Positions 22,489 through 31,454 of a DNA stretch of 32,000 bases are shown one piece after another. Numbering within the stretch: the stretch's first letter is position 1; the number at the start of each line of letters is the position of its first letter. The notes under the pieces are model-generated. The model was not told where the DNA came from. It searched no databases and saw only the letters and a list, made by a program, of their open reading frames with translations. A program made the position numbers and the translations under genes. Origin of the DNA: Halomicronema hongdechloris C2206 (GTDB lineage Bacteria > Cyanobacteriota > Cyanobacteriia > Phormidesmidales > Phormidesmidaceae); contig NZ_CP021983.2 of NCBI RefSeq assembly GCF_002075285.3, positions 1,650,001 through 1,682,000 on the forward strand, in the 5' to 3' direction.

Positions 22489-25416
22489 GTGACTACCACT
22501 GCCGCCCCTGCCACCTTGATGTTGGTCGATGGCCATTCCCTGGCCTTTCGCTCCCACTATGCCTTTGCCAGAGGTCCCGAGGGAGGACTGCGCACCTCGA
22601 CGGGCATTCCCACCAGCGTCTGTTTCGGCTTCCTCAAGTCGCTGCTGGACATGCTGGAAGTGGAGCGGCCCGAGTATGTGGCGGTGGCCTTTGATCTAGA
22701 TGGCCCCACCTTTCGCCATCAGGCCGATACCACCTACAAGGAGGGACGCCCCGAGGCGCCAGAAGGCTTTCTAGAAGATGTGCAAAACCTGCAGGGACTG
22801 CTGCAGGCGATGAAACTCCCCATCGTCACCGCCCCTGGTTACGAAGCCGATGACGTCATCGGCACCCTGGCCACCCAGGCCAAGGCCGCAGGCTACCGAG
22901 TCAAGATTCTCAGTGGCGATCAGGATCTGTTTCAGCTGATCGACCCGGAAGAGCAGATCACAGTGTTGCACCTCAGCAGTGCCTTCGCCAAAGGGGCCAG
23001 CAATGCCGCTGCCCGAGAATTTAAGCAAGACCAAGTCAAGGAAAAACTCAATATTCTGCCCGCCCAAGTGGTGGACTACAAAGCCCTCTGTGGCGATTCT
23101 TCAGACAATATCCCCGGGGTACGGGGCATCGGCGCCAAGACAGCGGCAAAGCTACTGAATCAATATGGCTCCCTAGAGGCCATCTATGGGGCCCTAGACA
23201 GCATCAAGGGGGCCACCCACAAGAAGCTAGTGGACGGTAAAGAGGCGGCCTACCATTCCCAGTACATGGCCCGCATCATCACCGATGTGGACCTGGCGGT
23301 GGAGTTATCGGCCTTGCGACTGCAGGGCTTTGATCCCGATGTGGTGGTACCGGTCCTAAAACGCTTGGAATTGCACAAGTTTATTGGCCGCCTCAGCCAA
23401 ATTCAGGTGGCCCTGGGGGGAACAGCCCTAGCAGCCGAGACCCAGGACAACGGGGGGACTACCGCCGAGACGGCCACTGAGAATACTGAGGGAACCGAGG
23501 ACCCAGACCTAGCCTTTTTCTCGCCTGAGGAGACAGAACAGTCCCAACGGCTGCAAGCAGTTGCCATATCCCCCGAGATTGTCACCAGTGAAGTGCAGCT
23601 CTACAACCTGCTGGACCGCCTCAGTCAATACACCAACCCCGACCACCCCGTCGCCTGGGACACGGAAACCACCGCCATTGACCCCTTGGATGCCAAATTG
23701 GTAGGCATCGGCTGTTGCTGGGGACCAGGCCAGGCCGACATGGCCTACATCCCCGTGGGTCATACCGCAGGCACCATGTTGCCCCTGCAGTCAGTTCTAG
23801 ACGCCCTGCGTCCCATCCTGGAGGACGATACCTTTCCCAAGGCCTTACAAAATGCCAAGTATGACCGGCTGGTGCTGCGTTGCCAGGGCGTTACCCTGGC
23901 CGGGGTCGTCTTCGACCCGATGTTGGCCAGCTATGTGCTCAACCCCGAAGGCAGCCACAACCTCACCGACCTCACCCTGCGCTACCTGAATCTGACCGCC
24001 ACCGCCTACGAAGACCTGGTGCCCAAGGGCCAGACCATCGACCAGATCCCCATCGTCAAGGTGGCTGACTACTGCGGCGCCGATGTCTACACCACCTATC
24101 AACTGGTGCCCAAACTGAAGGCCAAATTGGCGGCGATACCAGAGTTAGAGCGCCTCTTCACCGAGGTGGAGCTGCCCCTAGAGGCGGTGCTGGCGGCTAT
24201 GGAATATCGCGGTGTGCGGGTGGACGCCGCCTATCTGGGGCGGCTCTCTCAGGAACTAGAGCAGGATCTGAGCAAAATCGAGGCCACTGCCTACGAGGCG
24301 GCCGGAGAGACCTTCAACCTGGGCTCGCCCAAACAATTGAGCCAACTCTTCTTCGAGAAACTCGGCCTCGACAAGCGCAAGTCTCGCCGCACTAAATCTG
24401 GCAACTACTCCACCGATGCCAGCACTCTGGAAAAACTGCAGGGAGACCATCCCGTGGTGGATCTGGTGGTGAAGTATCGCACCCTGGCCAAGCTCAAGTC
24501 CACCTATGTGGATGCCCTGCCCGACCTGATCCGCCCCGATACCCAGCGGGTCCATACCGATTTCAACCAGGCCATTACCGCCACTGGTCGACTTTCCTCC
24601 TCCAATCCCAACCTGCAGAATATCCCCATCCGTACTGACTTCAGCCGTCGCATTCGAGCCGCCTTTGTGCCCGAACCTGACTGGCTGCTGATCGCCGCCG
24701 ACTATTCTCAGATTGAGCTGCGAATTCTGGCCCACCTCAGCGGCGAGCCGGTGCTGGTGAATGCCTACAACAATAACGACGACGTGCATGCCCTCACTGC
24801 CCGGTTGCTCTTCGAGAAAGATGACATCACCGCGGAGGAACGGCGCCTAGGCAAGGTGATCAATTTCGGCATCATCTATGGCATGGGGGCCCACCGCTTT
24901 GCCCGGGAGGCCGCCGTTAGCCACAGCGAGGCCAAGACCTTCATCGATCGTTACTATGAACGCTATCCCAAGGTCTTTACCTACCTGCAACAGATGCAGC
25001 AGGAAGCCATTGCCTACGGCTATGTGCATACCCTCATGGGTCGCCGCCGCTATTTTAATTTCACCAGCAACAGTCTTCGCCAACTGCAAGGGCACGATCC
25101 CCAAGACATCGATCTAGCCCAGCTGCGGCCAGGGGGCTATGATGCCGGCATGTTGCGGGCCGCCGCCAACGCGCCGATTCAAGGCTCCAGCGCCGACATC
25201 ATTAAGGTGGCCATGATTCGCTTGCAGCAGCTATTGCAGGAATATCAAACTCGATTACTGTTGCAGGTGCATGATGAACTGGTGTTTGAAGTCCCGCCCC
25301 AGGAGTGGGACGAGCTGAAACCGAAGATTACGGACACCATGGAGTCGGCAGTAGACCTACGGGTGCCCCTGGTGGTAGATGCCCACGCCGGTCCCAACTG
25401 GATGGAGGCGAAATAG
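22489..25416 (+). CDS. polA: DNA polymerase I (5'-3' exonuclease, 3'-5' exonuclease and polymerase domains)
   Basis: The 5' nuclease region is LMLVDGHSLAFRSHYAF...GYEADDVIGTLA...GDSSDNIPGVRGIGAKTA. Exo motifs are DTETT, NAKYDRLVL and YCGADVY. Pol motifs are DYSQIELRILAH, RRLGKVINFGIIYGM and QVHDELVFE. Confidence 0.97.
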   Translation: MTTTAAPATLMLVDGHSLAFRSHYAFARGPEGGLRTSTGIPTSVCFGFLKSLLDMLEVERPEYVAVAFDLDGPTFRHQADTTYKEGRPEAPEGFLEDVQNLQGLLQAMKLPIVTAPGYEADDVIGTLATQAKAAGYRVKILSGDQDLFQLIDPEEQITVLHLSSAFAKGASNAAAREFKQDQVKEKLNILPAQVVDYKALCGDSSDNIPGVRGIGAKTAAKLLNQYGSLEAIYGALDSIKGATHKKLVDGKEAAYHSQYMARIITDVDLAVELSALRLQGFDPDVVVPVLKRLELHKFIGRLSQIQVALGGTALAAETQDNGGTTAETATENTEGTEDPDLAFFSPEETEQSQRLQAVAISPEIVTSEVQLYNLLDRLSQYTNPDHPVAWDTETTAIDPLDAKLVGIGCCWGPGQADMAYIPVGHTAGTMLPLQSVLDALRPILEDDTFPKALQNAKYDRLVLRCQGVTLAGVVFDPMLASYVLNPEGSHNLTDLTLRYLNLTATAYEDLVPKGQTIDQIPIVKVADYCGADVYTTYQLVPKLKAKLAAIPELERLFTEVELPLEAVLAAMEYRGVRVDAAYLGRLSQELEQDLSKIEATAYEAAGETFNLGSPKQLSQLFFEKLGLDKRKSRRTKSGNYSTDASTLEKLQGDHPVVDLVVKYRTLAKLKSTYVDALPDLIRPDTQRVHTDFNQAITATGRLSSSNPNLQNIPIRTDFSRRIRAAFVPEPDWLLIAADYSQIELRILAHLSGEPVLVNAYNNNDDVHALTARLLFEKDDITAEERRLGKVINFGIIYGMGAHRFAREAAVSHSEAKTFIDRYYERYPKVFTYLQQMQQEAIAYGYVHTLMGRRRYFNFTSNSLRQLQGHDPQDIDLAQLRPGGYDAGMLRAAANAPIQGSSADIIKVAMIRLQQLLQEYQTRLLLQVHDELVFEVPPQEWDELKPKITDTMESAVDLRVPLVVDAHAGPNWMEAK

Positions 25417-25488
25417 GGACTAGTCTCCCAAGGCAGAAGTAGGAAGGCAAAAGGCAGAAAGGGAGATCCCGATAAATGCAACCTTAAT

Positions 25489-25790
25489 GCGGCCCTGCTG
25501 CAGCAACAGCTGCCCCACTTTAGCCCAGGCCCTGGCATCGGTGAACAGACAGCAAAAGGGCTTGGCCCGACCGCGGGGACGATCTAGCCAGATCTGGGCG
25601 TTTCCTGCCTGCAGGGGTTGCCACAGCCGCCGAGAGAGATAGGCATGGAAGGGGTCTACCGGTGGCCCGCTCCAGCACTAGGCTCAGGAGCTGGGTATTG
25701 GCATTGTTGTAGTCGAAACGCTGGCCCGGAGGCTGCTGCAATGGGATCCGCAGGGCAGCGGCAGCCACATCGGAGCTCAAATACATCTCC
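25489..25790 (-). pseudogene. Internal remnant of a beta-lactamase-fold serine hydrolase gene, truncated at both ends and carrying a +1 frameshift
   Basis: On the minus strand, ...PGQRFDYNNANTQLLSLVLERATGRPL continues in the next frame as HAYLSRRLWQPLQAGNAQIWLDRPRGRAKPFCCLFTDARAWAKVGQLLLLQQGR. This matches the PG..F.Y.N....L...iE...G.....yl....w.PLgm......D......c....tarD.A..G.L.L..G pattern. There is no catalytic SxxK region and no C-terminus. Confidence 0.55.
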
Positions 25791-26016
25791 GCGGGAGATG
25801 ATGTTGGGGCTGATGGAAGCCCTAAAACCAAGGGGCCGGGTGGTACTGGCGGAATACCGTGCTGAGAATCCCTTTATCCTGATTAAGCGATTGCATAAGA
25901 TGAGGACAGCTCAGGTCAAGCGAGAGATGCAGGCGGTGGGCCTGCGCTGGCTTAAAACTGACGAACGGTTGCCAAAGCAACATCTAATGGTTTTTGAGAA
26001 GGTGGCTACTCAATAA
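25791..26016 (+). pseudogene. C-terminal remnant (~70 codons) of a class I SAM-dependent methyltransferase
   Basis: EMMLGLMEALKPRGRVVLAEYRAENPFILIKRLHKMRTAQVKREMQAVGLRWLKTDERLPKQHLMVFEK matches the post-motif-III part (LKPGGR..L.EYR.E......HKM....V..E....G......LP.QH...F.K). No N-terminal SAM-binding motifs lie upstream. The junction with the hydrolase remnant is at about 25780-25800. Confidence 0.55.
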
Positions 26017-26076
26017 TGGCCACTGCTGCCACTCCGCAAAGTGGGAGAATGAAAAGTGCGATCGCACCCTACTTCG

Positions 26077-26628
26077 ATGAAATACGTCATGCTTAAACGG
26101 ATAGCTATCCTGTTTGGGATCGTCTTAACTATTGGCCTGCAAGGCTGCTTCTCCTTTGGCACTGGCCTACAGAGCTACACCGATAGCTATGCAGGGTACG
26201 AGTTTCTCTATCCCACCGGTTGGGTGGAGGTAGACGTTTCCGGGGCGGCCAATGTGGTTTTCCACGACATCATCCACGAAACCGAAAATGTCAGTGTCGT
26301 CACCAGCCCGGTCCCAGAGGGCAGAACCTTAGCAGATCTAGGCAGCCCCACCGATGTGGGCTATAAGCTGTCTAAGAGCATCAATGCCCTGGCCGAGGGC
26401 GATCGAGATGTCACCCTGGTCAATGCCCAAAAAATTGACAGCGGCGACAAAACTTACTACATCCTGGAATACGTCGCTGACTTACCCACCGGTAAACGCC
26501 ATAATCTGGCTAGCGCCATTGTTCGCCGAGGCAAGCTGTTCACCTTTAATGCCTCTACCAGCGAGAACCGCTGGGATAAGGTAGAAGACCTGCTAAAACA
26601 ATCGGTGGGATCGTTTAAGGTCTATTGA
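26077..26628 (+). CDS. psbP: PsbP-like photosystem II lipoprotein (CyanoP)
   Basis: The lipobox LQGC follows a hydrophobic leader. [42 protein letters not shown]...LADLGSP..VG and the [14 protein letters not shown] tail fit the PsbP/CyanoP pattern. Confidence 0.85.
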   Translation: MKYVMLKRIAILFGIVLTIGLQGCFSFGTGLQSYTDSYAGYEFLYPTGWVEVDVSGAANVVFHDIIHETENVSVVTSPVPEGRTLADLGSPTDVGYKLSKSINALAEGDRDVTLVNAQKIDSGDKTYYILEYVADLPTGKRHNLASAIVRRGKLFTFNASTSENRWDKVEDLLKQSVGSFKVY

Positions 26629-26635
26629 TCTCCCT

Positions 26636-27229
26636 ATGACAGACGCTGTGCCCCAATTCATCTTGGCCTCAGCCTCCAAGGCCCGGCGGCTGTTATTAGT
26701 GTCCGCTGGGATTCATCCCTTTGTTTGTCCCAGCCAATTCGATGAATCACGAGTGCAGCTAGAGGATCCCGCCGCCCTGGTTAGTGCCCTGGCCAAGGGG
26801 AAGGCCAATGTGGTGGCGGCCCAGTTTCTGCAGGGGTTGGTCCTAGGTTGCGATTCAGTATTGGCCCTAGGGGGGCAGGTCTACGGCAAGCCGACAGACC
26901 GTGATGATGCGATCGCACGCTGGCAGCAGCAGCGCGGCAACATCGGAGAACTATATACGGGGCACGCCCTAATTGCCCCCAGTGGTCTGGCCCTGGTGCG
27001 GTGCCAAGTCACCCGCATTCACTTTGCCGACCCCAGCGACGAGCAGATCGAAGCCTATGTCGATTCCGGCGAACCCATGCACTGCGCTGGCGCCTTCGCC
27101 ATCGATGGTCGCGGTGGTCTCTTCATCGAGAAAATCGAAGGCTGCCATAGCAACGTGATTGGCCTCAGTCTGCCACTGCTGCGCCAGATGCTCGACGAAA
27201 TCGGCTATTCCGTCACCGACTTCTGGTAA
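26636..27229 (+). CDS. maf: Maf-family nucleoside triphosphate pyrophosphatase (septum formation protein Maf)
   Basis: [16 protein letters not shown]...FDES...LA..KA..V...LVLGCDSVL...G...GKP....A......RG....LYTGHALI...[17 protein letters not shown]...[10 protein letters not shown]. Confidence 0.9.
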   Translation: MTDAVPQFILASASKARRLLLVSAGIHPFVCPSQFDESRVQLEDPAALVSALAKGKANVVAAQFLQGLVLGCDSVLALGGQVYGKPTDRDDAIARWQQQRGNIGELYTGHALIAPSGLALVRCQVTRIHFADPSDEQIEAYVDSGEPMHCAGAFAIDGRGGLFIEKIEGCHSNVIGLSLPLLRQMLDEIGYSVTDFW

Positions 27230-29035
27230 GCTGCCACCGCCAATCCCTGCAGCCGTAACCAAGGACCAGCCCGGTTAAGATGGCCCCACACCCGAATCAG
27301 ATCACCCTCTCGCAGCTGGGCCAAGCGGTGATTGATGTCAGCTCGTAGGGTAACTAAGGGAATTTCCGCCAAATCAAGGGCATGCTCAGTCCCAACAGTG
27401 ATGTTTGTTAACGCATAACTCTGCACCTGCTGACGGCGCAGTCGACCAACCATCACCGTCATGCCCCCCGATTCAGTGACAGTGGCCCTGTATGGCTCTC
27501 CCCAGGCTATCGCGCTCTCACCACTACGGGGGTACTGCTCTGGCTCCTCTAAATATCGACGTTGCCCCTGCCGCCAGGCATCACTCCCTGGTTTAGGGCC
27601 GTCCAATAGCGGGATTACCGCCGCCGGAGCCCAGGGATCACCAATGAGTGCCTCTTGTAGCGATCGCACTGACAGATCTCGCGGCTGGCATCCCTGCTCT
27701 ACACACAGGGCCGCTGCCATACCCGCTGCCTGCCCAATCCCCAGCACCACTGGCTGTAGCCGAGTCGCCCCATTGGCAATATGAGAGACCGAAATATTTT
27801 TCTCACAGACCAGCAGTCCGTCTACCGCCGGCCGGCACCAAGGCACCATAGGGAATGGCAAAGGGCGTTCCCGTCCAACGACCTCCCCAGCGCATGCTCT
27901 TAGGCTGCAACGGCCAGGATGCCTCAGGATAGTGGTGATCGTTGGGGCATAGTTGCCCACGGCAATGGCCGTTACCTGGCCGGCGGCATCCACTGGCAGT
28001 GGTGCTACTTGCCCCTGCAACTGCGGTAGAATAGCTTGCTCCCGGAGAGTCGTCAGCCCGATCAGCCGCCGACTCTCCCGATGGTAAAGCTGTAGGGCAT
28101 AGCTGCCGCCCCCCAACCTATTACCCCTCTGGGGAAAGGCATCGGGAGCCAGACCATAGCGACGGCCCAACCGCACTTGGATAAAATGGGCGAAGCCCTG
28201 GCTGTGGGCCTGGGCCTCCTGTGCAAAGTCGGCTTGCTCCTGGCGGATACGATTAGCGCTGCAGCCCTATCCCGTAATCATTGCCGTGCTGGGGCCAGTT
28301 GAGCATAAACCGGCTAGCAGATAAGCGGCCATAGTTAAGGAACCGCTCGGGCCCATACCCTTGCCAGGCTTGCTCAAAGGCGGCCTCATCGTAGCGCTCG
28401 GGGGGCGCAATAGCCGGGGCTATCTCTCCATCGCCATAGTCTTGCAGCATGGCTACCCAGGTGGGCGCCTGTACTGGATAGCACCGCACCAGAGATAGAT
28501 CCAAGGACTGGGGAGCACTGGGTTCCTGCCAGAGGCTGTGGGATTCCCAGCCCCAGCGATAGGGGACCTGGCCCAAAGCCAACAAATCGCCGAGTTCAGT
28601 GCCATCCAACACTACCGGCGCCATCACGGCCACCGTGTCAAAGCGCACACCAGTAACCCGATCGCCCTGGCGCAGTACCTCCAGGGGCTTTTGGCCAGCT
28701 ATCCAGGTTAGCTGGGGCAATGCCTTGGCCCAGGTCGCCAAGATGGCCGCCCCTTGATGGGGCTCATAGGTGAAAAAGCTGACCCAGCCGTGATCAAGGC
28801 CTCCCGGTTGCCATGTTTCTAATGCCCGTAAGAAGGATCCCCAGAGCCCTGTCTGCAGGGTGGCCAGCTCATTACCATCGGGAGCCGATACCCCAGCACT
28901 GGTGAGCATGCCTCCTAACCAGGAGAATTCGCTGATTAAAACCGTGCGCACCCCTCGCCGTGCTGCCTGAATTGCTGCTGCGGTGCCGCCAGTGCCTCCT
29001 CCCACTACCAGGACATCAGCGTCTAGGGTGTCCAT
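27205..29035 (-). pseudogene. FAD-dependent oxidoreductase (FAD_oxidored/GIDA-like N-terminus) split by a single +1 frameshift within 28256-28267 into 260-aa and ~350-aa parts
   Basis: The N-terminal part DVLVVGGGTGGTAAAIQAARRGVRTVLISE...GGMLTSAGVS (dinucleotide-binding GxGxxG) ends ...NDYGIGLQR*. The downstream frame is already open from 28266 (GCSANRIRQEQADFAQEAQAHSQGFAHFIQVRLGRRYG...) and runs to 27205, so one indel joins them. Confidence 0.7.
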
Positions 29036-29051
29036 GGGGAATTAAGTGGAT

Positions 29052-29735
29052 TCATAGATAGGGAGTAACATCTTCCTGGCAATCATCGGCCAGGTAAGAT
29101 AAGGCCCGAAACCGCAATCCCACCAGTTGCTCGTAGAGAGGGTTCAGCTTACACATGGCCGGGATATGCACCAGTTTGCGCCCAAACAAGACCACATCTC
29201 GTTCGAAGGGACACTGGGATGGCACCATCTTACAGATGAAGCGGGCCAACCGCGGGTCATGGACTTCTAGCTGGTCTAGCCATTCTCGGGCTGGCTTTAG
29301 GGGATCTCGACCGGTGCCATCTGCAACAGGCACTGACCCAGTCGCGGTCTCGTGGTCGTACAGGGTCGAGCGTAGGGAAGCCAGAACGTCATCTTGTAGG
29401 CCCAGGCTATGGCAAAACGACTGTAGGACCCCATCTTCTTCGCTGGAATAGACCCCATCTGCCAAAGCCACCATGACGGCCATACGAAGGAAGTTCTCGG
29501 CGGTTTTGGGGTCAGTCCCCAAAGTAGCCACCAGCTCGTCAGGTGAGACAATCTTGAACGAATCGAAGTCGACGTTAGGGGCCAACTCCTCATCAGTAAT
29601 CGATGCAATCAGCTGCTTCTCATCGGCGTCGAAGTCACCATCGGCCCAGGCAATCGTGAGTAATCCTCGCAGCCACACTCGAATTTGCTCTTGGGTGTAG
29701 GGTGATTGAGTTGTAGAAGTTGTAGAAGAAGACAT
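29052..29735 (-). CDS. Two-domain protein: N-terminal TerB-like helical domain plus a C-terminal Mo-dependent-nitrogenase-C (Mo-nitro_C) domain
   Basis: The C-terminus ICKMVPSQCPFERDVVLFGRKLVHIPAMCKLNPLYEQLVGLRFRALSYLADDCQEDVTPY is the characteristic Mo-nitro_C sequence. The N-terminus LLTIAWADGDFDADEKQLI ... MVALADGVYSSEEDGVL resembles TerB-type repeats. Confidence 0.75.
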   Translation of the reverse strand: MSSSTTSTTQSPYTQEQIRVWLRGLLTIAWADGDFDADEKQLIASITDEELAPNVDFDSFKIVSPDELVATLGTDPKTAENFLRMAVMVALADGVYSSEEDGVLQSFCHSLGLQDDVLASLRSTLYDHETATGSVPVADGTGRDPLKPAREWLDQLEVHDPRLARFICKMVPSQCPFERDVVLFGRKLVHIPAMCKLNPLYEQLVGLRFRALSYLADDCQEDVTPYL

Positions 29736-29955
29736 ACTGGCAAGTGAAATCCAGCCTTACTAGCCTTATTTTACCCTTCAGGTTCGGCAATGGGGCTAAT
29801 ATTGCCGTCTTCCCTAGACGGTTTCCCGAAGGCGATGTCTTAGGCAGTGAAGTTCTATGACAGCTCTGGGCTAATGGTCCTCAGTTCCTGGCCGGTGTGG
29901 TTTAACTAAAACTAATGCCGTGTTCATGCGCTGTAGTTACTGGAGCCTGCCCACT

Positions 29956-30531
29956 ATGGAATTACCACGGTGGTTGAGTCGGTGGATACCTTTCATTCTA
30001 ATTGCAGCCCTCCTCTGGGGGAGTGGCTGCAGTACCAGCTCTCAGCAACCTTCTCCCTACGATCAGATCCAGCAAGACACCAGCCAGCGGCAAGCGCCTG
30101 CAGCGGTCGCAGATACGGCTGAGCCAGGTGGGGCCTTTAATCGCTTCTTTCCCTCTTCAGAGGAGGGGGTTGAAGTGGTTCCTACCCAAGAAAAGCGAGG
30201 CTTCGCCGAGTACAAACTGAAGCAGGATGGCAAAACGCTGGCCATGCTGTCCATTAGTGACACCATTAGTTTGCCGGGGGCAGCTGAAAAGTACGCCAAT
30301 AGCCCTGACACCATTGCCGGATATCCGGCGGTGAACCAGGGGACCATGGCCACGGCGCTGTTAATCAACGGTCGTTACCAGGTGAAAGTGCTATCTCGGG
30401 ACAGTCGCTTTAGCCAGGAAGACCGAACGGCATGGCTGCGCAAGTTTGACTTAGAGGGGCTGGCTCAACTCGGGGACTTGCCCCAGGGACTCAGCCAGCC
30501 CTTGGATGAGCATTTAGCTGGAACACTCTAA
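29956..30531 (+). CDS. Hypothetical lipoprotein
   Basis: MELPRWLSRWIPFILIAALLWGSGC has a signal peptide plus lipobox (LWGSGC). I recognised no further domain and preferred the ATG at 29956 over GTG 29920. Confidence 0.6.
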   Translation: MELPRWLSRWIPFILIAALLWGSGCSTSSQQPSPYDQIQQDTSQRQAPAAVADTAEPGGAFNRFFPSSEEGVEVVPTQEKRGFAEYKLKQDGKTLAMLSISDTISLPGAAEKYANSPDTIAGYPAVNQGTMATALLINGRYQVKVLSRDSRFSQEDRTAWLRKFDLEGLAQLGDLPQGLSQPLDEHLAGTL

Positions 30532-30566
30532 GTTAAGTTCTGTTCCCCTCCAGAGAGGATGAGATC

Positions 30567-31451
30567 GTGAGTAAACCCATCTACGAACTGGTAGATTCCT
30601 TACCGCAGCGAGGGCTCACCGTTATGGCCCTACGCTCCTTGGATACGGTGGTACCGGATCAGTGGGATAACCTGGTCGGTTTCGACAACACAATTCGCAC
30701 CATCACTGGCGAGACAGATCCGGCCTTGGTACGGCAAATTGGCGAGCGGGCCGTCACCTTGTTTAATGACAAGTCTGAGGGCTATCAGCGGGCCTTGGGG
30801 CTTTATCAGACGGTGGATTCAGCCTCGGGCATCCTGGGTACCGCCGCCATGGCCAATCGCATCGGCCAGGATACCTTTTTAGGGTTTCTGCAACACCTCA
30901 CCCCCAAGCCAGAGAAGGCCCAGACGATTGACCTCAGTGTGAAACTGGTGGTGGAGTTGGTGGCATTTTGCCAAATTAACGGCATTCCTGGTGACAGTAT
31001 CGGTGATTTTTTGGCGGCCCTGGGGGATTACAGTGGCGAATCGCTGATGCGAATGGCGGCGTTAGTGTGCTTTGATGGTGTGATTCCTTTGGGAGCTAGC
31101 TTCACCGAGCGGGTCTTAACCAGCCTCAAAGCCATGGAGCCCTCTGATCTGGACGACAATCGCACCTTCAAGGGGGTAAAAGACCAGATTCCTGGGGATG
31201 ATTCGGCGGGGCAATTGTCCTTCATCACCGAAAGTGTAGAATCGACCCGCTCCTGGATGGAGGAATTTGTGGCCGCTAAAAACCTGTCCCAGGGTGGGTT
31301 GGTTAAGAACCTGACCCGCTTTGTTGAGGTATCTAAGGACAAGTTGGACTATCTGGGGGCGTTTCTGGATATGACGGTGAAGTACTACGAACACACCGGT
31401 GTTCAGACCCTAGCTCGCCGGTTAGTAGAACGGGCCGTGGCAGAAATTTAA
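30567..31451 (+). CDS. Hypothetical soluble protein (294 aa), no domain recognised by eye
   Basis: A long ORF with a GTG start preceded by GAGAGGA, and protein-like composition. Confidence 0.6.
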   Translation: MSKPIYELVDSLPQRGLTVMALRSLDTVVPDQWDNLVGFDNTIRTITGETDPALVRQIGERAVTLFNDKSEGYQRALGLYQTVDSASGILGTAAMANRIGQDTFLGFLQHLTPKPEKAQTIDLSVKLVVELVAFCQINGIPGDSIGDFLAALGDYSGESLMRMAALVCFDGVIPLGASFTERVLTSLKAMEPSDLDDNRTFKGVKDQIPGDDSAGQLSFITESVESTRSWMEEFVAAKNLSQGGLVKNLTRFVEVSKDKLDYLGAFLDMTVKYYEHTGVQTLARRLVERAVAEI

Positions 31452-31454
31452 CCT

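Noticed and set aside
25430-25467. Purine-rich triple AAGGCA(G/A)AA motif after the polA stop as a functional element
   Set aside because: It is short and degenerate, and lies inside decayed gene-remnant sequence. I can propose no independent support.
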